Source: Octopus vulgaris
Lineage: Eukaryota
Length of the DNA stretch: 64,000 nt
NCBI GenBank assembly: GCA_951406725.2
Contig: OX597832.1
Location: forward strand, 868,001 to 932,000
Reading direction: 5' to 3'
Below, one piece after another: positions 40,126 to 53,140 of this stretch (positions within the stretch are counted from its first letter, which is position 1; the number at the start of each line of letters is the position of its first letter). The notes beneath the pieces were generated by a model. It did no database searches, was not told the origin of the DNA, and was given only the letters and a program-made list of their open reading frames with translations. Both the position numbers and the translations under genes were made by a program.

Positions 40126-40817
40126 TATATATATATATCTATATATATATATATATAGATGCACACATATATATATATTCGAAGAAATGAGGTACTCAGA
40201 AAATCAGATGGTTTATATTTACAGATATTTATTTGTATATTACATTTTTTATACATCATATAACTTAGATCATGTATTAGCGCTTTCTCCCATTCTAGTG
40301 AGGTTTTCAAATGAAACTAATGTTCCAGTGTGAAAAGTTTTGACCATTTTATAGTGGTATTGAGTTTGTAGTGGTGGGGAGGAATATAAGACAGTACAAG
40401 AGGGTGATGGATGAGGAGAAAGTGAGAGAGCATGTGTGTGTATGTGTGTGTTTGTGTGTGTGTGTTTGTGTGTGTGTGTGCGCGTGTGTGTGCGCGTGTG
40501 TGTGCTTTTGTATTTGGAATGAGCTCTGAAGAAAAAAGGGGAAGGGAGGGGGAAGAAGAAGAAAATAATTTTATTTGCTCTGCTGGACAGCATGCTTACT
40601 CCAAGGGGGTGGGGTCTAAGATCTTGGGGGAAAAGAATTTCAGTTTTGACCATTTCATAGTGTTATTGAGTGTGTGGTGGCGGGGAGGTAGACCATAAAT
40701 CATATTTCTTTTTATCATTGTGAGAGAGTGTATGTGTGTGTTTAATGAGGGATGGTCAAATGGTTTTTTTTAGTTTAAAGAAGAATTGTTTTTATGATTG
40801 TTTTGTGGAGGTATGTA

Positions 40818-40886
<69 letters not shown>

Positions 40887-40976
40887 GTGTGTGGGTGTCT
40901 GTGAGTTTGGAGAAGGGAAGAAAGGAGAAGAGGAAAAAAAAGGAGGAAGGAGAAATAATTGTGTTGATATTTATAC

Positions 40977-41027
<51 letters not shown>

Positions 41028-41300
41028 TAGAAAAAACCACCTTTTATCAATTCAAAATGAATGATTAAATTACACCATCTAGAAAATTACATATCATAGA
41101 AAGGTTAAAATTAAAATAACAATTAAAAAGTAAAGATTAAGTAAATTACAAAAATAATATAATGTATATAATAAGTAATATATATATATATATATATACA
41201 TACATATACACACACACACATATATATACTAAATGCTCCACTATATTAAACTGTAAATTGAAAGATTTGTCCTTCAATGTATGATGAGTAAAATTTCATA

Positions 41301-41553
41301 AAGTCCATACTTGAAAAAAATACTCTCTTGTGTTGAAGTTACAAATGACAGAATACAAACTGACAACTACTGAGTCTGTTGTCTGATCTTCAATTGATTT
41401 AGTCTAATATCTCACTGATTGACAGCTAAATAAATATTAAGTTTTATCATGCAGGAGCAACTGGTTCCACAAATTAAAGGGAAATGGTTTCATTCAAATA
41501 TTAGAATATCCTTTGTTCAATGTTGTATTTTCCAAAAATCAAAACTGTATGTG

Positions 41554-41630
<77 letters not shown>

Positions 41631-41932
41631 AATACAGTCCATACTTGAAAAAGAGACTTTCTTGTGTTGAATTTACAAATGATAGAATGCATATTGACAA
41701 CTACTGAGTCTGTTGTCTGATCTTCAATTGATTTAGTCTAATATCTCACTGATTGACAGTTAAATAAATATTAAGTTTTATCATACAGGAGCAACTGGTT
41801 CCACTAATTAAAGTGTAATAGTTTCATTCAAATATTAGGATAGCCTTTGTTCAATGTTGTATTTTCAAAAACCAAAACATATGTGTAGAACTCTGTGTGT
41901 ATGTGTGCGTGCGTGTGTGTGTGTGTGTGTAT

Positions 41933-41966
<34 letters not shown>

Positions 41967-41975
41967 AATACAGTT
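41301..41975. repeat. Tandem duplication of about 335 bp, each copy ending in (GT)n-ttaatacagt
   Basis: agtccatacttgaaaaa...gacaactactgagtctgttgtctgatcttcaattg occurs at 41302 and 41636. Confidence 0.85.
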
Positions 41976-43365
41976 TACTTAGCAAATTTGGTCCTTCATC
42001 TGGTACAGCTTATTATAGAGATATTTTCAGCCATTCAATTTGGGGGAGAACTTAGTTATGAAATATTTTTCCATATTCCTCCTGAAAGAGGTGTCGTTCT
42101 TTGGACATTTGTAGAAGGGAAAGAGCTTAAATTTTCCTTCTCCACATGTAGCTAGGTGTGTACTCAGTGGTATCTTGCGCAGTTCTTCCTGTCGAACATG
42201 TTGTCGATGAATCCTGGCTTGTTGGCACAAAGAATTTCCAGTTTCACCTATGTAATCCTCCTTGCACGTGGGGCAGGTTATGCAGTATATTACATTCTGC
42301 GTCTTGCAGTTCATATCTGCATTTACTTTAAATACGTGGCCACTTTTAAATTTCATTTCTTTGTTTCCCTCTATGTATTTGTAGGTGGGGTTGCTGCAAA
42401 TCCCACATCTACCATCTCCGCACTCTTTTGCAAAGAATTCAGTTTTAGTTTCTAATGAGAATTTCGCTCATGTTAGATGTTTCTTTGGATTTTTGTCTTG
42501 TCGTTTACTGCTTTTTATGCAATATTTGTTTAGTATGTTTTCCATTTTGGGGCTTTGTAAGGCTATTGGCAGATTTGAATGTATGATTTGGAACATGTTG
42601 GTAACTCCAGGGTTGTGCGTGTTTATGAAAGGGATAATGTTTTCTTTGTTTTTTGTTTTGGGTGTCCTGAGTTGTGCGATGTCTAGTTTCATTGCTCTTG
42701 TGATTCCATTTTCTATTAGTTTTTGCTCTAGTATGAAGTTTTTAAGTTCATCTAGTCTTATTAGTCGTGTTTGTGAGTCAGTTACTATGCTACATATTCG
42801 TCTTGCCATACTATATGGGATGTTTCTTTTTGTGTGGGATGGGTGGCAGGAGTGGAAATTTAAATATTGGTGTGTGTGTTTTTTTTTGTAGTGATGATGG
42901 AGTTGTGTATTTTGATGTTGATGTCTAGGAAGGGAAGTTCGTTGTGGATGGTATCTATTGTGAAGTTGATAGATGGGTGCAGCGTGTTGAGGATGTTGTG
43001 GAATGTTCGTAGGTCTTCTGATCTGTTCCAAAAGATGAAGCCGTCATCGAGGTAGCGTTTCCACTTTTTCTTGATGCCTTCTCTGAAGTCGTGTTCGAAG
43101 ACTTTCCCTATTTCATCGTATAGTTTGTTCTCCAGGAAACCCATCACCAGATTGGCATATGAAGGTGCGAATTTTGTGCCCATAGCCATGCCCTTTATCT
43201 GTCGGTATGTCTTGTTGAATGAGAATGTATTTTCTTCGAGTATTAATTGGGTGGCTTGGGTGATAAAGTCTGTCTTGAAACGTTCGTCAATGAGTTCCCT
43301 GTATTTTTTTTACCGATTGTTTTATTGCTTCCAGACCTAGGGTGTGTGGTATGTTCGTAAACACA
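41976..43365 (-). mobile_element. Neptune-like PLE fragment (RT, thumb, GIY-YIG), frameshifted
   Basis: AMGTKFAPSYANLVMG...KRYLDD, HQYLNFHSCHPSHTKRNIPYS, NVIYCITCPTCKEDYIGETG...RIHRQH. Confidence 0.92.
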
Positions 43366-43545
43366 CAGTTACTTGGAAATGGATGCGTGGTGTTAAACTA
43401 AATAATAAGAGGAAAATTTTATTCATTCATTCTTATTTCTTTATTTCTTTATTTATTCATATGTTTGTAATTAATAAATAGATATAATTGATGCTTGTAA
43501 GCTGATGTTTGTCAACTAATTATCTTCTCCATTTTCTTCTTTGCG

Positions 43546-44103
<558 letters not shown>

Positions 44104-44116
44104 TTCGTATTTCATG

Positions 44117-44231
44117 GAGGCGCAATGGCCCAGTGGTTAGGGCAGCGGACTCGCGGTCATAGGATCGCGGTTTCGATTCCCAGACCGGGCGTTGTGAGTG
44201 TTTATTGAGCGAAAACACCTAAAGCTCCACG
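44117..44231 (+). mobile_element. tRNA-derived SINE head of a second family
   Basis: GGAGGCGCAATGGCCCAGTGGTTAGGGCAGCGGAC...GGTTTCGATTCCC (A and B boxes). A short related head lies at 28412-28445. Confidence 0.75.
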
Positions 44232-44234
44232 CAT

Positions 44235-45355
44235 ATATATAAGAATACAAAAAAAATGGAACAAGAACGCAACAGCGATGATACAAAAAGGGAAAAAAAA
44301 ACAAGGACGGGTCATTCGGAGATTTCTATCCTCAGTCGAGTTCCAGATCATCTTTGCAGTTTCGGCTGGTTATACGCGAGACTGCTCCAATCTGGTCAGC
44401 CCCAAGAAAAATCGAAGCTAAGAGCACTAGATTCTTTGGAAGAAACCAGCAAATGGATACGAAAACAAGGACAGGAAAAAATATAAATAAAAACAACAGG
44501 ACATTAACAACAGGTGCCTTTCGACTAAGGACGAATTAAATTAAGTTGGTGTGTGCGGAAGTGAAGCCTTGTGGTAGGGACATAAGAGATGACAGGCATG
44601 GGAAGGAATATACATGTTGCACGGATGGTAGTCGAACCAAGAAAGATAGGTCGGGCTTGGCAGAGTTAGAGGGACGAGAAAGAAAAAAGAAAAGGGGCGG
44701 AGTGAAGGGAGAGCGGAGGGAAGGTGATAAGGAAGGGAAGGCCAAGAAATACATATAGATATGTGTGTACATACATATAGTTGTATATACATGCATATAT
44801 GGACACAGGACACCACGGAACGTAAACAATATGAGATACGAAACAACATGAAATACGAAAAATGAAAATACGGAATACGAACTTTTTTGCGAAGAACGAA
44901 AGAAACAAATGGAAAACAAGACAAGTGACATGAAAAAAACGACCCTTCATCAATTGTTTGCTGTTTTACTACTTCGTATTTCGAGCAGTTCACAAGATAC
45001 GTTTTCGACAAAATAGTTGCTCTCGCAAAGCAAATTAAGTAAAGTTTGGGATTTTGCGGTGGGTCAAAGTTGGTGAACGCGGAGAAACAAGCTTTGAAAG
45101 GAGACAGACAAGAAAGTGTCCCATACTTGTGGCTGACAAGAGAGAAAGAAGGAAATTCCAGTTTGGAAAAGAAAGATGGCCGACGGTCACGTGCGAGCAA
45201 CGAGAGAGCAAATGCGGAAAAGTGAGGGAGAGAACGGCACAGACAGAGAACGGCGAAGGATGAGAGAGAAAAACGAAAGGGAGAAAAGAGGAGATAAAAA
45301 GAACAGAAAAAAAAGAGAGAGGAAAGCGAAAGAGACAGAAAGAGATAGGAAGTGT
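44235..45355 (-). repeat. Composite of pseudo-LTR-like interspersed repeats
   Basis: 44240-44500 resembles the reverse complement of 48560-48870. 44790-45050 resembles 43586-43810. Confidence 0.6.
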
Positions 45356-45359
45356 CGCA

Positions 45360-46620
45360 CAGGGTGCGACGAATAAATTGTCGTCTAAATTACGCAAAAA
45401 TGAAAATAACACTGACATTTCATTTCAACAGATATATTTACCAAAATCTCATACAAATATCAGGAAATACTAAAGAGTAAATTTATTCAATGAAATGCCA
45501 TTGGCTTCAACCACGGCCTCAAGACGACTTCGGAATCTTCTGCAATTTTTCTGGACGGACTCCTTGTTTAAGTTGGTGAATGCTGCCATAATCCTTGCCT
45601 TCAGTTCATCGTTGGTGTTACAAGGAGTTTTGATAGTCTCTCGCTCAACTGCGCCCCACACATGATAATCAAGGAGGTTGCAGTGTGGGGAGTTAGGTGG
45701 CCAGATGTTTGGGATGATGTCTGACAGCCATGACTGGGTTCTCTTGCTTGTGTGGCATGGTGCAGAGTCCTGTTGCCAGACATAGGGTCTCCCAGCACCA
45801 CCCTATTGACCCAGGGCAGCACTGCCCCATCCAGGCACTTGATGTAGGCCTCCATGTTCAGTCTGAGGTCGTTTGGGAAGATCAATGGAGGCATAACGTC
45901 GCCATCACTCCAAACACCATGATGTTGACTGGATGTTTGGTTTTTATCAAACTCGGTACATGTTTTGGGGACTCGGCAAGCCAATGGTTGTTCTGTGTGT
46001 TCACCATCAGATCCTGGCAGAAATTTCTCGTATCTGAGAAAAGCCAAAGCATGTTCAGTTGGAGGGGATGCTTAACTTTGTGCAAAAGCTTCATAGCGCA
46101 GTCTTTCCTCTTGTCTTTGATGGCTTGGGATAAAAATTGACCCTTTCTCATCTTGTATGAGGAATACCGAATGTATTCATGTACTACCTGCCTGATAAGA
46201 AACTCAGACACTCCATGTCCCTGGCGATGAACCTGATTGATTTGGAGGAATCGTTGTCAATCGTGGCCTGGGTCTCACCAAAAAATTCAGGAGTTATTTC
46301 CTTATCACAGCGATCATAGTGAGTTTGCCCAGCTGCCGTACCTTCGTAATCGCCATTAGACTCATCCAAATCTTTCTGAATCCTCTGCACTGTCCTCAGA
46401 TTGACACCCAAACATTCTGAAATGTTCATATTGGAGCTTCCATCGCGAATGTCAAGCAGAACAGCATGTTGTTTCCAAACTTATGGCAGTGTGAATTGCG
46501 TCGTGGTACTGTTTTTCTCACAGACTGAGCCCAACTGAGCCTACTATACTGTATAGTCAATAAAATCAAAAGCGCGAAATTAAAAATATAAGATGGTGAC
46601 AATTTGCCCAACGCACCCTG
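45360..46620 (-). mobile_element. Tc1/mariner DNA transposon (DDxD type, probably maT/DD37D-like), decayed
   Basis: Imperfect TIRs CAGGGTGCG-N6-AAATTGTC at 45360 and 46620, with TA after the right end. Transposase motifs WLFSD, WQQDSAPCH, WPPNSPHCNLLDYHVW. D-D spacing is 32 here, so DD37D assumes a small in-frame deletion. Confidence 0.88.
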
Positions 46621-46630
46621 TATATATATG

Positions 46631-46776
<146 letters not shown>

Positions 46777-46979
46777 ATAGTGAAGAAAAATAGGGACTGA
46801 AGAAATCCCGGTGTATACTTCAATTAGCACTGCAGGTGATAAATCTGACTAGCAGAATGTCCATTGAAAAGTATAGTAACCCATTTAGGTTAAGTATGCA
46901 TATATTTATCGTATAATGATCCTCCTTAGTTACAACGAATATATCTTCTTTTATCTTCTTTGGGCATACTTTTTTATGC

Positions 46980-47250
46980 CTGGTATTTTCTATTGGTCTT
47001 TTCTTGCCAAAAAGCTAAGTTACAAGAACATGAAAAAAAAACCAACATTATTTGTCAGGCAGTGGTGGGGCATAAAGACAAACCTAAAGACACACACATA
47101 CACGACAGACCTTTCAGTTTCCATCAACTAAATCCACTCACAAGACTGTGGCCAACCCTGGGCTAATAAAATATACTTACCCAAGGTGCAATCTGTGAGA
47201 CTGAACTAGGAACCATGTGGTTGGGAAGCAAACTTCCTACCTTGCAGTCA
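46980..47250 (-). mobile_element. Diverged tRNA-derived SINE
   Basis: ctttcagtttccatc...aaatccactcacaag...cttacccaaggtgc...gactgaactaggaaccatgtggttgggaagc. Confidence 0.75.
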
Positions 47251-47260
47251 TGTCTGTGCA

Positions 47261-47356
<96 letters not shown>

Positions 47357-48107
47357 TGCGCGTGTGTGTGTGAGTTTGTATACATATATTTTTTAACTTC
47401 TCCAAAAGCTTCAGCATAAAATTATATTGCTTTAAAACAGCAGCTTGTCTTGTGATGTTTTCAAATGTATTGTTTTAGAGCATGAATTTTATGTACATGT
47501 CATATTTTATTGATTTAGTTTGGCTGACCAGTACTATGCCATAGAAGATACATTGAATATTGAAGAAATTAGTCTGTGAAAAGTTCTGCAGCTGTGGCCA
47601 GTCGTCAATAGAACAGCTGAAAACAGTCATTTTTACTTATCTAACGAAAGATCTACAAATGAAAACTATATAACGTTTTGTGTGAGTTTGTTTAACTAAT
47701 AAATAAAGGAAATGATATAAGAAAAAAAGAAGCGGAAAGATTCTGAGAAGAAGAATGACAATAACCACTTCAGGTTCAACAGATAGATTTTATCATCAAG
47801 ATTTATGAAGGCTATAAAATTGTAATGACAATGATATTGTTTACCTGTTTTAGTAATCTGGCAAAAAAAAAAAGAGATTGAATTCAGATACCATGTGAGT
47901 GTTTTTAACATATTATCATTCAGATCTTGTGGTATCATGGATTATGATTACCACTTAGGGAAAGGACAGCTGAGGATGATGATGAGTTTGCATGTCAATT
48001 TCGTAGATTAATTCAGATTTTTCTCAAGGGCATAAGAATTGTTGGCTGTGGGGTAAAATTAGCTTTGCAACCAAATGGTACTAAGTTGAGCCAACTGCAT
48101 GGAATAC

Positions 48108-48199
<92 letters not shown>

Positions 48200-48271
48200 A
48201 TACATACATTTATATATACACACATACATACATGCATGCATTTATATATATATATGTATATGTATACATGT

Positions 48272-48385
<114 letters not shown>

Positions 48386-48394
48386 ATATGTATA

Positions 48395-48870
48395 GAAATT
48401 AAATATAAATTACAAAATGGAACAAGAAGACAACAGTGTTAACATGGCAGCGGTCAAGCCGAAAAGACCAGTTTGAGCGGCAGTTTTTCAAAGGCATTTT
48501 TTCAAAATACGCCAGCCAAGATAAGTTAAAAATTGTCTGAAGTCGTAAGACACTCGCTGTTTTGTCCTGTTATTACTATTCTTGTTTTTTATTTCTATTT
48601 TTTGTTTCTTGTATTTATATTCGTGTGGCATCCTGTCCTTGTTTCATATACATTCGATCCTCTTTCCAAGAAATCTAATGCTCGTAGCTTAGTTTTTCTT
48701 TGGGGCTGGCCGTATCGGAGCGATATCAGGATTAATCAGCCGAAATTGCAAAGATGATCCGGTTCCCGACTGAAGATTAGAGGCTTCGAATGACCCGCCT
48801 GTTTTTTTGTGTCGTCTCTTTGTGTGTTGTTGCGTCCTTGTCCCATTTTGTAATTTATATTTAATTTCTA
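48395..48870 (+). repeat. Interspersed repeat with a short inverted copy of its 3' end at the 5' side
   Basis: gaaattaaatataaattacaaaatgg (48395) is the reverse complement of ccattttgtaatttatatttaatttc (ends 48868). Family also at 44240-44500. Confidence 0.65.
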
Positions 48871-49133
48871 TACATATATTATTGCGGCGTAACGTACCCC
48901 TATCTCCTATGTATACATATACATATACATATATAGGGAAAGAAAAGATGTATTCCCACGCAGGGAAAAAATACAGCCATCTGAATGTGGCTAGGGACAG
49001 GGCGGGGTAGTGGGGGTGTTACTGATGCATTTAGCCCCAGGCGATCATCAGCGTCACCAGAAGGGCTGACACCATCTCGGTGTCCTTGCCAGCCTGCAAA
49101 GGGAGATCAGCCTCCCCGAAGATACGGATACTA

Positions 49134-49176
49134 CATACGGACCGGTTTCGAGGTATTTGCCTCTTATCAACGCATG
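49134..49176 (-). ncRNA. Same U3-A8 hammerhead in the inverted copy
   Basis: Exact reverse complement of 49578-49620. Confidence 0.85.
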
Positions 49177-49577
49177 GTAAGCACCGTTCTTCGTTGAGGG
49201 ACTTCCTCTACAGGCTGGATATATATGGATTTTCACAGTACCTCGAAACCGGTCCGTATGTAGTATCCGTATCTTCGGGGAGGCTGATCTGCCTTTGCAG
49301 GCTGGCAAGGACACCGAGATGGTGTCAGCCCTTCTGGTGACGTTGATGATCGCCTGGGGCTAAATGCATCAGTAACACCCCCACTACCCCGCCCTGTCCC
49401 TAGCCACATTCAGATGGCTGATCCCCCTTATGTTATAGAGCAGTTACTGTTTATATCTCGCTCAGAGATTTATTATTGTTGTCGAACGGTTTTTCTACAT
49501 CAGTGACTGTGGTTACTGTGAAAATCCATATATATCCAGCCTGTAGAGGAAGTCCCTCAACGAAGAACGGTGCTTAC

Positions 49578-49620
49578 CATGCGTTGATAAGAGGCAAATA
49601 CCTCGAAACCGGTCCGTATG
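49578..49620 (+). ncRNA. Type I hammerhead with U3-A8 compensatory core
   Basis: CATGCG, TTGATAA, GAGG CAAATA CCTC, GAAA, CCGG, TC|CGTATG. 6-bp stem I (one G.U), 4-bp stem II, palindromic ACCGGU, GUC cleavage triplet ending at 49614. Confidence 0.85.
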
Positions 49621-50579
49621 TAGTATCCGTATCTTCGGGGAGGCTGATCTCCCTTTGCAGGCTGGCAAGGACACCGAGATGATGTCAGCCTTCTGGTGAC
49701 GTTGATGATCGCCTGGGGCTAAATGCATCAGTAACACCCCCACTACCCCGCCCTGTCCCTAGCCACATTCAGATGGCTGATCCCCCTTATGTTATATATA
49801 TATATATATATATATATATAACAAGTGAATTTTAACAGAGTTTAAAATTACGAAATAGAAATCAAACAAACATATTTAAACGATCAAATTTTCACATAGA
49901 ATTAAATGAGTTTCACAGGGATAGATAATATCAAAACAAATGTTCGGTAAAAAATATAACAAATGTACATTCCTAAAAGTTCGGTCGTATTGAGTTTTTA
50001 CAGAATACGTGGACAAGAGAGAAAAAAGAAAAGGGGAAGAGAGTAAAAAGAATTTTTTAATTTTTATTTTTACAGTTTCTGTCGTCGTACGTGTAGTTTT
50101 TTTTTTGTTGCGTACTGGGCTCTTTGCCTTTAACAGTGTTTTTCGGGAATCAGAAAATATCTTGTGTATATATATATATATATATGATTTAACGAGAAAG
50201 GATCTAATTTTAGATTCGTTATAATTTTGATGACATCTTATTCTTTCTCATGGCTATTTTTGTGGCTATTTTTGGTCAAAAATAGATTTTGTTTTGGCAT
50301 TAGTGTTTTGGTTGATTGGTTGGTTGGTTCCCTGAACATAGGGACAAGTTTTGATTGGTAGAAGGTTTCGTGACGTCACTTTATTGTGATAAAGAACCTG
50401 TATTTGTTTCGGTCAAGTTTGGCGTTCTTTTTGGTTGACTTCCTTGTAGGGACTCGGTCATTAGGTTTTGCTTAACGGTCATCAACCGTTCTGTTTAGTT
50501 AATTCTCCTAAGGAGTCAGTTTGTTTTTGTTTATTTTGCTGAGGGTTCGGTTCTGATCGGAGGTAAAATTGGTCTAAAA

Positions 50580-50892
50580 TATATGTATATATACATACAT
50601 ATACATACATATATATATACATATATATACATACATATACATACATACATATATATACATAGATATATATATACACATACATACATATATACATACAAAT
50701 ATATACATACATATATATATATATATATACATACACATATATATACACATACGTACATATATATATATATATGTACGTATGTGTATATATATACATACAT
50801 ATATATACTTATATACATATATATATATATTCATACATACATATATATATATATATATGCATACATACTTACATATACATGCATACGTATAT

Positions 50893-50947
<55 letters not shown>

Positions 50948-51339
50948 CATACATACATATATATATATATAGCCAGGTGGTGCTATTAAGTTAGACATGG
51001 CCTGGGCCAATACTGGCCAAAACCTTTCTAAGTTATTCTAAGTTATTATACATACATATATATACATACATATATTTCTTTCTTTTCTTTTCTTTATATA
51101 TATATATATATATATATACATACATACATATATATATATACAAACATACATATATATATATATACATACATATATATATACATACATATGTATATACATA
51201 CATATATATATATATACATACATACATATATATATATGTATGTATATACATACATATATATATATATACATACATACATATATATATATACATATATATA
51301 TATACATACATATATATATACACATATATATATATATAC

Positions 51340-51370
<31 letters not shown>

Positions 51371-51710
51371 CATACATACATATATACATACATATATATA
51401 TATACATATATACATACATATATATATATACATACATATATATATATACATACATTTATATACATACATACATATATATATATACATATATATATACATA
51501 CATATATATATACATACATATACATACATACATATATAAATATACATATATATATATATACATATATATATATACATACATACATATATACATACATATA
51601 TATATACATACATACATACATATATACATACATATATATATATATATATACTTACCTATATATATACATACATATATATATATATACATACATATATATA
51701 TACATACATA

Positions 51711-51751
<41 letters not shown>

Positions 51752-51829
51752 ACATACATATATATATACATACATACATATATATATACATACATACATA
51801 TATACATACCTACATATATATATATATAC

Positions 51830-51860
<31 letters not shown>

Positions 51861-51954
51861 CATATATATATATATATATACATACATATATATATATACA
51901 TACATACATATATATATACATACTTACATATATATATATACATACATACATATA

Positions 51955-51995
<41 letters not shown>

Positions 51996-52036
51996 ATACA
52001 TGCATATATATATATACATACATACATATATATACA
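50580..52036. repeat. Complex (TA)n/(CATA)n microsatellite with an embedded CR1-like tail at 50971-51045
   Basis: Seen directly. The same tract type resumes at 56803-57287, after the PLE. Confidence 0.92.
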
Positions 52037-52428
52037 TCCTTTCCCCCCTCTTCCTCTCTCCCACTCTCTCCCTCCCCTCTCTCCCCCTCATCTCTCCTCT
52101 CTCTCCCCCCTCCCCCCTATCTCCTCCCTCCTCCTCTCCTCTTCCCTTCAACTCCTCTCTCTACACTACACCATACGACTTTACACATCACATCATATAT
52201 ACATACACACGTCCAGACCTCTCATACGCACTACATACTCTCTCATATACACACACACTCTTATGTTGGGGCGAGGTCATTGAACCCTGTTATCTCCCCT
52301 AATTTCGCTCTTGCGTCTCACGTTTGATCTTTGACTTCTGGTCGAAATCAGATCGCCATGTTCATTCGCTAGCCTCTGCACGCATTTTTTTTCTCTCCTT
52401 GTTTCTTTCTGTGTTTCTTTTCTGTGTA

Positions 52429-52466
52429 TCTTTCTGTTGAAGAGCGTAGGCTCGAAACGTAAAAGA
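52429..52466 (+). ncRNA. Minimal variant hammerhead in the 5' pseudo-LTR
   Basis: TCTTT, CTGTTGAA, GAGC GTAG GCTC, GAAA, CG, TA|AAAGA. Confidence 0.65.
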
Positions 52467-53140
52467 CTTGTTTTATTTATGTTCCTGAGCGCCATACTAA
52501 TACAATTGTTTGTTTGTATTCCACCTGCCTTCGTCTTTTGTTTATTTTCATAAAGCTTCCCGTTATATATTACGAGCTCACGTGGTCTCACTTTCATCCT
52601 ATATTCTACCAACACCACTATCAACTCTTACCTCTATATTGGATTTTCTTTACCCCTTGGATACTTACCACTGGCCGCACCTCTCTTTCACGGATCAAAG
52701 TGACTTTGTTATTGATGTGAAATCCTTAAAAAATATACCACGACGTCTATACATTTCTAACCTTGAACTCTCAACCTTGAACTTGTTCGTATAAACTGTC
52801 CCGTTCGTTTTATTTTACTTTCTCTTATATTATTCTTTTTTTACATTCATTTCATAATTTCCACATTTTTCTGCATTTTTTGTCCTCCTTTCCGTCGTTT
52901 CTTCCTTCTCTGGATGTCCATACTGTGTTTCCTCTGCCTGCACCCCCTTTTTTGCCTCCCCCTCTCTCTCTGCTTCCTTTCTTTCTTTCCTTTTTCCATT
53001 TGCCCCAACTTTTCCGCCTTTATTTTCTGCCCCTACTGTTTTTTTATCTAGTTTTTTCATACGATTGTTTTTTTGTTGTTTTTTTTTCGAACGTTTGTTT
53101 TTTCTTCTTTTTTCTTCTCTTTTTTTTTCACTATTCCACC

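Larger units (their letters stand above)
48974..49796 (+). mobile_element. GC-rich hammerhead-bearing unit of about 360 bp: one inverted partial copy plus about 1.5 direct copies
   Basis: 48974-49240 is the reverse complement of 49514-49779. 49239-49437 repeats 49599-49796 (period 360). Ends in (TA)n. Confidence 0.9.

Noticed and set aside
44117-44195. Functional tRNA gene
   Set aside because: A and B boxes are present, but the acceptor and anticodon stems do not close properly and the sequence continues into a SINE body.
48700-48800. Tandem hammerhead-like words (GGCTG...CAGCC-GAAA and CTGAAGA...CGAAT), also at 44310-44400
   Set aside because: The first lacks a CUGANGA box. The second lacks GAAA and a convincing stem II.
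50482-52327. Long Y/I/H/T/M/C/V-rich ORFs (also near 10400, 16300 and 56750)
   Set aside because: Translations of (TA)n/(CATA)n microsatellites.
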